From Paragordius varius (lineage: Eukaryota; Animalia; Nematomorpha): 64,000 nucleotides of DNA. Positions 13,598 through 27,673 of the stretch are shown here, piece by piece; position 1 is the first letter of the stretch; every line of letters begins with the position of its first letter. The notes under the pieces are model-generated. The model saw only the letters and a list, made by a program, of their open reading frames with translations, did not search any database and was not told the origin of the DNA. The translations under genes and the position numbers were made by a program. The DNA is taken from assembly GCA_964247055.1 (NCBI GenBank), contig OZ176056.1, forward strand, positions 7,378,001 through 7,442,000, given 5' to 3'.

Positions 13598-14428
13598 TCA
13601 AAGTATTGTAGCATCGATAGAGTCTTCATTCTCGAGATCAAATTCCGAGATTTGGCAGTGCTTCGGTTCCAACACGATTCCATCAAAGCTTAGACTAATC
13701 TTATCGGGGTTATAACTGATGTGATTAGCAAACGATTCAATCAAATAGCCAATAGTGTCGGTTGAATAACAACCAACCTCAAAAATGGTAATGTCTTTTA
13801 CCGATTGCCATTTATATTGGATCCTAAGTTTTAGCGAATTATTTCGGTTAATTATGGATTCATCTGGGATAGATGTATTAGGAATATTTTCTTTATGGTC
13901 TGGGGTATTATAAATGCATTCGAGAAAATCTCCATTTTTAAGTTTCAACTGTTCGGGCGTTTTGAAAAAGGGAATATCTTTATTATGGTGTAATAGTCGG
14001 AAATCATTATATTTTGCATAGTTGTTTAATATGGCTTTACTGATATGATTTAAGGCTTTTTCATGAACGATAAGGTAGTCAAAAATCTTTTCAAGTTTTT
14101 CCGTGCAAAGTATGTCAACTTTGTGAATTACATTGTTATTTCCCATAAATCGCACAAACAATTTGTAATTGGTTAAATTCTCTAAAACTATTTCATCATT
14201 CTCGGGGACTAAAAGTGGTTCTTTGGTATCGAATTGAGTCAATAATTTATCAGCATCTTTCAACAGAGCAGAGAGATCATGTTCTTTCTTAAAATTTCGT
14301 TTATATTGCCGTTTAGGTTTTGTGAAAGAGGAATCGATATCAATAATTATCGGATTTTTAATCGTTTCAATTTCTTGCAACACTAAATCTTCCGGTTTTT
14401 GCTTTAATTTCATTTTTCTTGTCCTCAT
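13598..14428 (-). CDS. RENi-family protein (Rad60/Esc2/NIP45, NFATC2IP-like) with tandem SUMO-like domains, 276 aa, intronless
   Basis: First ATG is at 14428 (the track's 14452 start is a TTG). Two ubiquitin-fold-like repeats (...FRLLHHNKDIPFFKTPEQLKLKNGDFLEC and ...ISLSFDGIVLEPKHCQISEFDLENEDSIDATIL) follow a charged N-terminus, and there is no C-terminal GG. This is the RENi layout. Confidence 0.75.
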   Translation of the reverse strand: MRTRKMKLKQKPEDLVLQEIETIKNPIIIDIDSSFTKPKRQYKRNFKKEHDLSALLKDADKLLTQFDTKEPLLVPENDEIVLENLTNYKLFVRFMGNNNVIHKVDILCTEKLEKIFDYLIVHEKALNHISKAILNNYAKYNDFRLLHHNKDIPFFKTPEQLKLKNGDFLECIYNTPDHKENIPNTSIPDESIINRNNSLKLRIQYKWQSVKDITIFEVGCYSTDTIGYLIESFANHISYNPDKISLSFDGIVLEPKHCQISEFDLENEDSIDATIL

Positions 14429-14565
14429 AATAATAAAAAGTAAATTTTTCAAAAATTTAAATTTTGTGATGGTTTCTTTTTCAGCTGTGACTCATTCACG
14501 CATATTTTTACTATATACGGGATGTTACTAAGGAGATTTAAAAAATAAGTAACAAAAGAATTCAA
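14429..14565. promoter_or_regulatory. Putative bidirectional promoter between the RENi gene and B55
   Basis: 137 bp between divergent ATGs. Contains an Inr-like TCATTCA at about 14492. Confidence 0.55.
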
Positions 14566-16599
14566 ATGGAAGGTTTTATTATGATTAATTAACTTAAATA
14601 TAGATGAAAAACAATGGTATTTTTCCCAAGTCAAAGGGAGTATTGATGAAGAAATGGTTACTGAAGGTAATTGTTGAAAATCTATTTTATAATTTTATTT
14701 GTAAATAATATTTTTTAGTCTGGTCCATATAAATTATCATAGAATTTGGAATTAATGTGTTATTTATGCGCAAACGCTGTTGCATCTATTTAAACGCAAA
14801 ACAGTGCTTTGTTTATATAATATTTCATATTTATTCTCAATCATAATATTTAAGCCAGAAAAAAATGTTTGTTCTTTTTGACAAATAATTTATTTATTTA
14901 TTTATTTTTTCATTGTTAAATAATACATATAGCGGATCTTATATCGACCGTTGAATTTAATCAAGATGGCAGATTGTTAGCCACGGGTGATAAAGGGGGA
15001 CGCATAGTAATTTTTCGAAGGGAAGAGAATTTGTCAAATTGCATTCAAAAACCAAATTATCCATATTACAAAAACTATGGTTCTGATACTCAAAATGCAT
15101 CACAAGTAAAAGTTTTTTTCACAGTTTGCTTTTTTTTTCTTGTAGCATGGAAAGGTTTTGCTTCGTAAATACAAGTAAAAAGTTAAAGTGTTAATTTTGC
15201 AAATATTGTTTTGAATGTTGAAAAATAAAGCCGTATTTTAAAGGTATAAGTAAGATTTGAGATTCCACCTATAAACTAATTATTTCATGCCGATTTTAAT
15301 CATTTTTTTGATCTTTAAAGGAGGCTGTAATGTTTAAGTTAACTAGTTTAAAGTTGACATTAACTCCCCACAAGAGAGTAATCAATACTTAAAAAAATCA
15401 TTTCTTATTGAATTATTAATTTTTTATATAATTTAATAAAATCAATGATTAATTTAAAAGAATTACTTTTAAATTATGTAATTTTGAAATTTCGAATTCT
15501 TATTTTACTATGGGGATAAGGAAAGGAACCCAATACATTAAAGTTAACCACAATTATAGATTTTATATATTTGGGTTTTGTATTTCGGTTTAAGGGACCT
15601 TTGTTTCAGGCTGAAAAATATAAAATTTTAAACAAACATGGTCGTTTTTTATAGAAAGATATCAGATTTTTTAATCTTTATATACCTTTTTTTACGTGAT
15701 TGTAAAATTAATCACCCAAACTTTTAGGGAATTAGATAGATTTTGAACATATTTCTAAAGTTTTTCATGAAATTTTGGAAGACTTTTTTTGTTAAAATTT
15801 TTTATTTTTTTTCTTAAAAGTTTATTCATATGTTACGACAATATAATTGAGTTTCAGACACCTTTTTTGGATTTTTACATATAAAATCATACATATATTT
15901 TTTCAATTTAATATATATATATATATATAGTCAAACAAAATTTTACCCTGTGAATACAATGTATATGCCACCTTCCAAAGCCACGAACCCGAATTCGATT
16001 ACCTCAAAAGTTTAGAGATTGAAGAAAAAATTAATCGTATTAAATGGTTAGCACCGAGATATCCTTCATACTTTTTGCTCACTACGAATGGTAACTTAGT
16101 TTTTTGACGATTTTTAGTTTTTTTATAAATTTTTTTTTGGGGGGAGGGGGGATTTTGGGAAAATTTTTTTAACTTTTTTTGGAGCGAAAATTTAATAGTT
16201 TTCAAAGATTATTTAATTTTTATATGAAAACCTAAGTTTGGAGCAAAAATGGTAAAACAAACTTTTTTATTTGAATTTTTTTCAAAATTTTTCATGGATA
16301 CTTTTTGCTTACTACTCTAATCAATGGGACAAATTTGATTTTTTTATCAGGTGTTTAGAGATTTTTTTGAGTTTAAGATTTTTATACTTTGTAAACTTTT
16401 TGATATTCTGTAAATATATATTTATGTAACAAAATTTTATTTACAAAAAAACGTCAAAAATAAACTTTTTTTTATATTTTAAATACTTTTTGCTCGATAG
16501 AAATGGTAAGTATTTTTTGTACAAATTGAATTCATTTCTTAATTGGGTATATTTTTTTTAATTTTTTAAAAAGTGTGTATATATATAAATCTAGTAAAT

Positions 16600-16651
<52 letters not shown>

Positions 16652-17257
16652 CATACATGAACTCTATACACAGATATTAAACAAATTTTTTTTTGCACTA
16701 AAATCTATACACCCCAGATAAAACTATAAAGCTGTGGAAAATAATGGAACGTGACAAAAAATTTGAAGGTTTCAACGTAAAAGATGAAACTGGTTCGTTT
16801 GTGACAACAGCTGACACATCAACTAACGCGACAACACATCATTATAATTACCCAAGGCGACATATAAAAGCTCTCATTGTTCCACGTATAAAATCGACCG
16901 AACTAATGGTGATTTATTTAAAAATACCTTTTTTTTTAAAGATTTATCTGGTATTTAAATTTAGTTAAATTGATGGGTTATTATAAGGAATAGTGTAATA
17001 TAATCCAATTTTAATGTTGAAAAGTTATAATTATGATTTATTTAAAATTACCTTTTTTTAATGATTTATCTGTTGGTATTGATTAAAATTTAGTTTGGGT
17101 TTTGAAATATGATTTTCAATGTTAAAAATTCATAATTGTACTATGTATAAAATCGACCGAACTTATGGTGATTTATTTAAATATACCTTTTTTAGAGATT
17201 TATCTGTTGGTATTTAAATTTAGTTAAATTGCATGGGTTATTATAAGGAATAATGTA

Positions 17258-17288
<31 letters not shown>

Positions 17289-19544
17289 TATCAATGTTAA
17301 ATAATTGTACTATGTATCAAATTGACAGAACTAATGGTTTTTATACATCTTTTATATAATGATTAAAATTTAGTTTGGGTTTAAAATTGCATGGGTTTTT
17401 ATAAGGAATTATATGAAATATATATATGATTTTTTCAATGTTGAAAAGTTATAATTGTACTATGTATAAAATCGACAGAACTTATGGTTTTTATACATCT
17501 TTTTTTTTATATTGATTAAAATTTAGTTTGGGGTGTATGAAATTGCATGTGTTATTATAAGGAATAATGTAATATATATATGATTTTCAATGTTAAATAA
17601 TTGTACTATGAATAAAATCGACCGAACTAATGGTGATTTATTTAAAAATACATTTTTTTATAAAGATTTATCTGTTGGTATTGATTAAAATTTAGTTTGG
17701 GTTTGAAATTGCATGGGTTATTGTAAAGATTAATGTGACATATATATGATTTTTTCAATGTTGAAAATTTATAATTGTGCTATGTATAAAATCGACAGAA
17801 CTAATGGTGATTTATTTAAAAATACATTTTTTTATAAAGATTTATCTGTTGGTATTGATTAAAATTTAGTTTGGGTTTGAAATTGCATGATTTATTATAA
17901 GGAATAATGTTATATATGAATTTAAATGTTTAAAATATATAATTGTACTATGTATCGAATTGACAGAACTAATGGTGATTTATTTAAAAATACCTTTTTT
18001 TAAAAAAGATTTATCTGTTGGTATTGATTAAAATTTAGTTTGGGTTTGCAATTGCATGGGTTTTTATAAGGAATTATATGAAATATATATATGAATTTCA
18101 ATTTTAAATAATTGTACTATGCAAATCGACAGAACTAATGGTGATTTTTTCAAAAATACATTTTTTTATAAAGATTTATCTGGTATTTAAATTTACTTAA
18201 ATTGCATGGCTTATTATAAGGAATTTTGTAAAATATATATGATTTTTAATGTTAAAAAGTTATAATTATGATTTATTTAAAAATACATTTTTTTATAAAG
18301 ATTTATCTGTTGGTATTGATTAAAATTTAATTTGGGTGTGAAATTAAATGGGTTATTATAAGGAATTATGTAAAATATATAATCAATGTTAAAAAGTTAT
18401 AATTGTGCTATGTATCAAATTGACAGAACTAATGGTGATTTATTTAAAAATACATTTTTTTATAATGATTTATCTGGTATTTAAATTTAGTTAAATTGCA
18501 TGGGTTATTGTAAAGATTAAATGTAATATAACCCAATTTTAATGTTGAAAATTTATAATTGTGCTACAAATTGACAAACTAATGGTTTTCATACTTTTTT
18601 ATAAAGATTTATTTGTGGGTATTGATTAAAATTTCATTTGGGTGTGAAATTGCATGGGTTATTATAAGGAATAATGTTATATGTATGAATTTAAATGTTG
18701 AAAATTTATAATTGTACTATATAAAATCGACCGAACTAATGGTTTTTCTTTTTTATAATGATTAAAATTTAGTTTGGGTGTGAAATTGAATGGGTTATTA
18801 TAAGAAATAATGTAATATATATATGATTTTTTCAATGTTGAAAATTTATTGTACTATGTTTCAAATCGACAGAAATAATGGTTTTTATACTTTATACATC
18901 TTTTATAATGATTAAATTTAATTTGGGTTTTTAAATTGCCAGGGTTATTATAAGGAATAATGTAATATATATATGAATTTAAATGTTGAAAAGTTATAAT
19001 TGTACTATGTATAAAATCGACCGAGCTAATGGTTATTATACTTTTTTATAATGATTAAAATTTAATTTGGGTTTGAAATTGCATGATTTATTATAAGGAA
19101 TAATGTAATATATATATGATTTTCAAATGTTGAAAATTTATAATTGTACTATGTATCAAATTGACATAATTAATGGTAATTTTTTTCAAAAATACCTTTT
19201 TTTTAAAGATTTATTTGTTGGTATTGATTAAAATTTAATTTGGGTGTGAAATGAATGGATTATAAGATATAAAATCTATATGAATTTTAATGTTAAATAA
19301 TTGTGCTATGTATAAAATCGACCGAACTAATGGTTTTTATACTTTTTTTATAAAGATTTATTCATTAAAATTTAATTTGGGTTTGAAATTGCATGGGTTT
19401 TTATAAGGAATAATGTAATATATGATCAATGTTACAAAGTGATAATTATGATTTAAAATACCTTTTTTTTAAAGATTTATATGTTGGTATTGATTAAAAT
19501 TTAATTTGGGTGTGATATTGCATGGGTTATTATAAGAAATAATG

Positions 19545-19595
<51 letters not shown>

Positions 19596-20300
19596 TTTCA
19601 AATGTTGAAAATTTATAATTGTACTATGTATTAAATTGACAGAACTAATGGTTTTTATACTTCTTTTATAATGATTAAAATTTAATTTGGGTGTGAAATT
19701 GCATGGGTTATTATAAGGAATAATGTAATATATGATCAATGTTAAAAAGTTATAATTATGATTTATTTAAAAATACCTTTTTTTTAAAGATTTATATGTT
19801 GATATTGATTAAAATTTAATTTGGGTTTGCAATTGCATGGGTTATTGTAAGGAATTATATGAAATATATAATCAATGTTAAAATATAATTGTGCCACGTA
19901 TAAAATCGACCGAACTTATGGTTTTTATACTTTTTTATAATGATTTAAATTTAGTTTGGGGTGTGAAATTGCATGGGTTATTATAAGGAATTATATGAAA
20001 TATATATATGATTTTTTCAATGTTGAAAAGTTATAATTATGATTTATTTGAAAATACTTTTTTTTAAAGATTTATCTGTTGGTATGGATTAAAATTTAAT
20101 TTGGATGTGAAATTGCATGGGTTATTATATGGAATAATGTAATATATATATGAATTTCAATGTTGAAAATTTATAATTGTGCTATGTATCATATTGACAG
20201 AACTAGTGGTTTTTATACTTTTTTATAAAGATTTATTTGTGGGTATTGATTAAAATTTAATTAGGGTGTGATATTGCATGGGTTATTATAAGAAATAATG

Positions 20301-20344
<44 letters not shown>

Positions 20345-22385
20345 ATTTAATGTTGAACAACTAATGGTGATTTTTTAAAAATACATTTTTAGCCTTTTGT
20401 AATGATTACTTTATGATGATTTTTATGGTATTGAGATTGGGGTATAAACACCATATTGTAAGGACTTGATGAATTATTAGAAATTTGAATTAAAAACATA
20501 TATGGTGATCCCACGTATAAAATTGACACAACTAATGATAATTTTTTAAACAATATTCAAAATTTTTTAGCTTTTATAAATTTAAGTATTCAGTTACATT
20601 GTAACTAAATGTATTCAGGAAATTTTAATGTTTCATAATGGTAATTTACTCTTGTAAAATTATACCAAACACCATTTACGATTCAAATTTACTCTAAAAA
20701 TAAATTATGTGTTTTGAGGCTTAAATAACTCATTATTATTAATGTAAAATATATCTTTATGGCTTAGATTATTGTTTTTTCAGTAGCTTTTTAATTATAA
20801 ACAAAATTTAATTTTTTCTTTAAAATATCAAAAAATATAGGTAATTTTTAATTTTAACAACAGTTAATTTATTTTATGATTGAATTTAATTGTTTGAGGG
20901 TTTTTGAATAGTTTAATTTTGAAGTGCTAATTATGTATCTCACAGGCCAATTGTTTTTTTTACACACAATATACTTTTGAAGTAATTTTTTATTTATAAA
21001 ATTGAATAAAGACAAAATGCATAAAACAAACACTAAAAATTGAGAGAATTACGCATTATATATTATAAATTTATATAAAATTAAACTAAAATGCGTATAT
21101 GATAATTATATAAATTTCAAATTCATTTCATTTTTTTTCGAAAAAGATTTTACAATAAAAGTCGAAAATTCAAATTTATATTTTTATCATATACGCATTT
21201 TAGCCTAATTTTAAATAAAAATAAAAACACTAAAAGACTAGTATTTCTTTTTTCAAAATAAAAAAATCCATATTGAAATGATTTTTATTCCATTTAAATA
21301 TGACCTATATGATTTTAGCATACATTTTTTTGCAACTCCCCCAAAATTATACGGTTTATCCCTATATTTTAGGTTTAAATATAAGTATATGGTTGACTTG
21401 ATTGGTTTTAATTAAAAGTATTTATATTTTTACTTATTAAGGTCACAGGTTTGATTGATTGATTGATGGATAGGTTACTGATGTTATTTTATTTCTTATA
21501 TATATTAGTTGATTGATAAAATATAATAATTTTATTTAATGGAACTAAATTTTACTTTTCTCATATCGATTTATCAACTTAAGTTTTAATATTAATTTTG
21601 AAGAAAATTAAATTTTATTTTTTTCCATCAGCTAAAAATATCTTTTTTTTCTTCAAAGGTCGAAGCTAGTCTAAAACGTATCTATGCAAATGCTCACACC
21701 TATCACATAAACTCCATCAGTGTTAATAGTGATCAGGAAACGTTTTTATCTGCCGATGATTTGAGAATCAATCTCTGGAACTTGGCATGTGACAATGTTT
21801 CATTCAGTAAACTCTATGATGTTTTAGTTTTAGTTTTTTATCTTTTTAACATTTTTAAAGTTTTAAAACTTTTAAAATTTATTCAATTACTTTCTAATGT
21901 GGTTGTTAAATTTTGTCTTTTGTTGTCATATGGTAAAATAATTTACCTAAATATTAATTAATCTCAAACATTTACATGAATATATGCCATTAATTGCATT
22001 AATAAAGGTATATTTTGTGACTTGATCAGTATGTATTTACAATAAAAATTGAAATTATACGGACAAAACGTAAAAATATATAGACCAATATTTTTTTCTA
22101 AAAGACAATGATACTTAAAACTTGATTTTTTAAATATAACTCATTGTCAGGAATCAAAAATAAGTATTGAAACCTTTCATTCCAATATAATTGTTCTTTT
22201 TTGTTTTCATAAGTAAAAAAACCTAAAATTAATAATAATGTTTATTAGTAAGTCATAAATTAATCGAGCTTAATATTTAATTAAATTAGAATGGTGTTTT
22301 TGTGATCGTAAACCGAACAAAAAAGCCATATATTATGCTTGTTTTTATATTATATATCTATATTCAATTTTTAACAAATTAAACG

Positions 22386-22421
<36 letters not shown>

Positions 22422-25400
22422 AAGTATTCATATTAATAGTTGCTTATTTGACACTATATAGTTTGGTAATTTGTCAACACATATGGAAAAAAAGAAAAGA
22501 AATAATTGTATATTCCAACATTTTGTTGTTTTTTTACATACATTACTGTGTTGCAAATTGTCCAACTATATGTGAAAAAAGCAACCATTTAAATGCATAC
22601 TGTATATAAAAATCTGAAAATCATATTGAAAACCAGATCATATAATATCGGTGATATTCAAACATCCTCTCTTGAAACATATTTTTCCGAATAACTAATT
22701 TAATTATTATATGGATTCTTTATACGTCGTTTTTAATAATTTTTATCTCTTAAACCCCCCCCCCCCTCCCCCCTGCTAAAAAGACGACCTCTTTCAAATT
22801 AATTTTATGATATCTTAATCAGATATTATTGTTAATCTTAGGACGTCTCTTGAAACATTTTTTGGACTTAAAAAACCATAAATTAAATTAATCATCTGTT
22901 GATCTTGAGACGTATCATATCAAAAATAACCTTTTGATGTCCTAATTCCATAATAAATATACATTGATCAATCAATTTTTACAATTTTTACAAAAAAAAT
23001 TTTGAATAAACCCCAGAAAAATTTAAAACTATAACTTTAATCTAATGATATTATAATGGTAGATATAGTTGATCTTAAACCACATAACCTTTTGATGTCC
23101 TAATTACATAATAAATATGATGAATCAATTTTTACAATTTTTACAATTTTTACAAAATTTTTTTTGAATAAACCCCGTAAAAATTTGAAACAATAACTTT
23201 AATCTACTGATATTATAATGGTAGATATAGTTGATCTTAAACCACATAACCTTTTTATGTCCTAAAAACTTAATAAATATACATTGATGAATCTATTTTT
23301 ACAATTTTTTTTGATTAAACTCCGGAAAAATTTGTAACCATAAATTTAATCTAATGATATTATAAACGTAGATATAGTTGATCTTAAACCACATAACCTT
23401 TTGATGTCCTAAAAATACATAATAAATATACATTGGATGAATCAATTTTTACAATTTTTTTTTTGAATAAACCCCGTAAAAATTTAAAACCATAACTTTA
23501 ATCTAATGATATTATAATGGTAGATATAGTTGATCTTAAACCACAAAATATGGAGGATTTGAGTGAAGTTATCACGTCGGCAGAAATGCACCCCACACTA
23601 TGTAACCTATTCATTTATGCTACCAGTAAGGGTCTAATTCGCCTTTGTGATATGAGGGATAGAGCCCTTTGTGATTCCCATGCTAAATGTAAGGGGGGGA
23701 CATTTTTTTTTGCTTTAAAATAAAAAAAAGTTTTTTTGGCTGTGGTATTTACAGTAAAATTTGAAATTATAAATGACAAATATTTTTTTCTAAAAGACAA
23801 CCCTACTTTTTAAACCTTAATTTTTTCATGATTAAACTCTTTGATTACATTTTCAAATAATGTAATTGAGTGTTAAAACAATTTACCTACCTAATCCCTA
23901 TTTTGAAACCCAAAACAATAAGTTATATTTGAATAAATTGAATTTGAAAAAATATGGGTGTTTTGTAGAAAAAAATGTGTGTCCATATATTTTCACGTTT
24001 TGCCCGTATAATTTCAATTTTTACTGTAAGTTTTTTTAGGCAATATGTTTGAATTTTTAGATATTATAGTTTATTTTACAATTTTTTTCTAAGTTTATAA
24101 GTAATTTTTGACACAAAACTCTTCTCTATAACAATTAATAATGAAGGTAGTCTTATATGTTTTTTTATGTTATTTGAGTTGAGTTTTGAACTTCTTATTT
24201 AATATTTTTATTTTGAGGCATATATATTTTTATTTATATCTTTATTTTTTGCAAAAACGCTGCTAATTAGATCAACATTTATAAACAACTGACCAATTTT
24301 TTACATTCTGTCATATCAAATATTTTATGTTTTGCATCATATTTAGTTTTTTTTGCCAATTTTAATATGCATGTAACATTATTTCAATTTTATATAATAT
24401 ATTTAACGTGATCTAACAATAATACACAAAACAAACTACAAATCTCTAAAGATACCTAATATTTAACTTTAAATTTTTAATGTGCATTTTTTTTATATAA
24501 CTAGTGTTTAGAATTGTCAAACATACGTTTTTACTTGATTTTGCTTTGTTTTTAATTGTTTACAATAAATATTATTATTTTAAGGCTTAAAAATGCGCAT
24601 ATTAAAAGTTGACATATCAAACATCATAACAATTAAATACAAAGTAAAATCAATCAAAAATGTATGTTTGACACTTTTAAACATACATGACTGTATATTA
24701 CTAGTGTTTGAAGATTTAAAGAATAGCAATAATAATAATAATTCAAATTCCCCTCTCAACAACAATATAAATAATAATACATCATCGGCCAATTTCATGT
24801 CAAAATCATTTTTCAATGAAATCATTAGTAGTGTTTCGGATGTCCGCTTTGCACCACATAACCAAGATCGATTTGCTACGCGAGATTATTTAAACATAAA
24901 AGTATGAATAACTTTTTTTTTTAATTCATAAATTTTATTGATATTAAGAATGAGAATAAGAATGATCAAATATATTATATAAGCTTTTGAAAAAAATTAC
25001 TCCTTATAGAAATTTCTTGTGAAAACAATGTAACTTTTGTTTAAAATGTGCGAATATATATATGTGCCTCCTAAAAAATATTTCAAATCGATAGTGCGTC
25101 GTTATATGAGCTAACACACAAAATACCGAATGAAAATTTTAAGGAATTTCAGACGTAAATGATGTATATTAATGTGTAATAAAGTTAAAACATGGCAAAA
25201 TAAAAAAGTCCTTTGGAGTTAATAAATTAGGTCTTTTTAGAAAAAATTACCTATATCTTTTGATACTCATTTTTTTATAATGAAAGAATTATAAATTTGT
25301 TTAAAATGCAAATATATATGCCATAAAAATATTTTATATCAAAAGTGAGTTGGAATAGCTTAGAAACATTGAAATATTTAAGGGGGTGTGAATATCAGGT

Positions 25401-27634
25401 GTAAATGATATATAATAAATTTTAAGAATGACCAAATTATATAAGTATATATTCCATTTAATTTTTATAAAAATATAAATAATATTCTTTTTATTTAAAC
25501 AATGTTTTTTTTTAGTTTGGTTTTGGTTATTTAACATATATTTAATAATTAAAATTATTTATTAAGATTAGCACGTAATTTTTATATTTTTATTTTTTGT
25601 TTTACACCAAAACTTAGAATGAAAACGTAATTTTTTACGTTTTATCTTGAATATCTTATAATATTGATAAATCGAACTTCATTGATGGTAATCATACAGA
25701 TTAACTAAATCTAAAAAATAATTTTTTAAAAAAAGACAGTATACTTATTTAAATTCAACATAAACTTTATAATACTTATCATTTAAATTATATAAATATA
25801 TATATTTATATATAATATATTTCTAATGCCCACTGGTAACCTAAAACAACGAATTTTATTTGAAAAAAAAATCCAAGATTTAAAAATATAGGTTGTGTTT
25901 AATTTTTACGTTTTGTCTTTTGTTTAATATCAATAGATTATATTTTTAAATGTTTTAAACAAAAAATTATTTCAAGGATAAAACAAATTTTTTTAATATA
26001 TCATTTACAGTTCATCACCCCACAATTCAAATTCACCCTCGTACAATATAAATTTACTCTAAAATAAATTATGCGTTTTTTTACATTAAAAATACCTTTT
26101 TAAAATATGAAATTCTGTTTAAAATTAATATAATGCTAAAAAATAATAAATTATGTCTTAAAAAATTATTTCATCCTAATGATGAGTCATATTAGTCCAA
26201 AAACACATAATTTATTTTTAGGTTGAAATCGAATTGTTTAAGGGTATTATTGAACTGTTCAAGGGTGAAATTGAATTGTTCAAGGGTGAAATTGAATTGT
26301 TCAAGGGTGAATTTGAATTGTTTAAGGGTGAATTTGAATCGTAAATGGTATATTGAAACAAAATAAATCATAATAAAACAATAAAATCAAAATAAAATAA
26401 TTAGATTTGGGATGTTCGATGGGAAAAAGAACCATGGCACATATTCCCTGCCATGTCTGAGCCTATGAAAAATAAATTATGTGCCTTATATGAAAATGAT
26501 TGCATTTTCGACAAATTTGAACTTTGTTGGAATGGCCATGATAAGTATGATTCGAATCGAATTAATTAGATGGCATGTATAAAAATATAGTTTGAGTGAT
26601 AAACATTATCCTATAAAAATTTTTTTTTTGCAAAATCATAGTATGTGTTTTGTCTTTTTTTCTCTGAAAATAACACATTTTAATTAAATTTTAGTACAAT
26701 GGTTTTTGAAATATATTATTATATATACGGTAAGTAAAAATTGGAATTATACGGACAAAATATTTTAAATGAAGCTTTCTCGACAGTTTTATTCACATGT
26801 TCAATAAACTTTAAACTAATAAAAATGTTTTTATTTGCTAAGACTTTACTATTATTGGAGTAATTTTATACTTTAAGTTAATTTAATAGAGGTTTAAAAC
26901 TGAAAATAGCCAATTGGTGTTATAATTAGTTTTTGCTTTTCAAGCTTTTATTTAGGCCATGCTTTTTTCAAATTGTTAATATCATTCATTTTTAATTGAT
27001 CCAAAATTTAGAGTACATAACAATTGATAGCAACTGTTCAACTGTTTTAAAAGCATAGCATTTTTTACACATATGTTTTTTGATTTGATGGAATTCGGCA
27101 TTTTAAAATATACTTTCAAATTCAATTAATTTGACTTAAAATGCGATTTTTAAATTTAAGTTTGAATAAAGTTACATAAAGTTATAGGATTTATTAAAAC
27201 TCTTCACATAAGAAAACGTAATATTGTGTTATTTTAATGAAAATTCATATTTTAATGTCACTCAAAGATCAACCACAATATTGAATTTATTACACACCTT
27301 TTTTTTATACTAAACTTAATATATTTTTATTTCATTTTTAACGGGCAAAATCCTATCATGATGTAAATGTAAAAATACTGTATTAACTTTTTTTTTAATT
27401 TATTATTAGCGGAATATTGACAGGGTCCTACAATAATTTATTTCGCATTTTTGATTTGAACAATTTGACGGAATCCACGTATCAAGCCACCGTACCTGAC
27501 ACTAACCCAATAAAATTTGATTTAGTTCGGGAAAATGATGCTCATTGTTTTAAAACAACTCATAATAATAATAATAATGCTACTTTTATGGGTGGTGCTG
27601 CTTCTAAAAATGTAACTGGTCTTGGTTCTAGGTA

Positions 27635-27673
<39 letters not shown>

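Noticed and set aside
16876-20540. Possible CRISPR-like repeat-spacer array
   Set aside because: Whole units are homologous with no unique spacers, it lies in a eukaryotic intron, and there are no cas genes.
24495-24515. Apparent third duplicated acceptor (ataactagtgttt resembling the exon 8 acceptor attactagtgttt)
   Set aside because: It coincides with the arm of an inverted-repeat element and the match is short, so chance similarity is likely.
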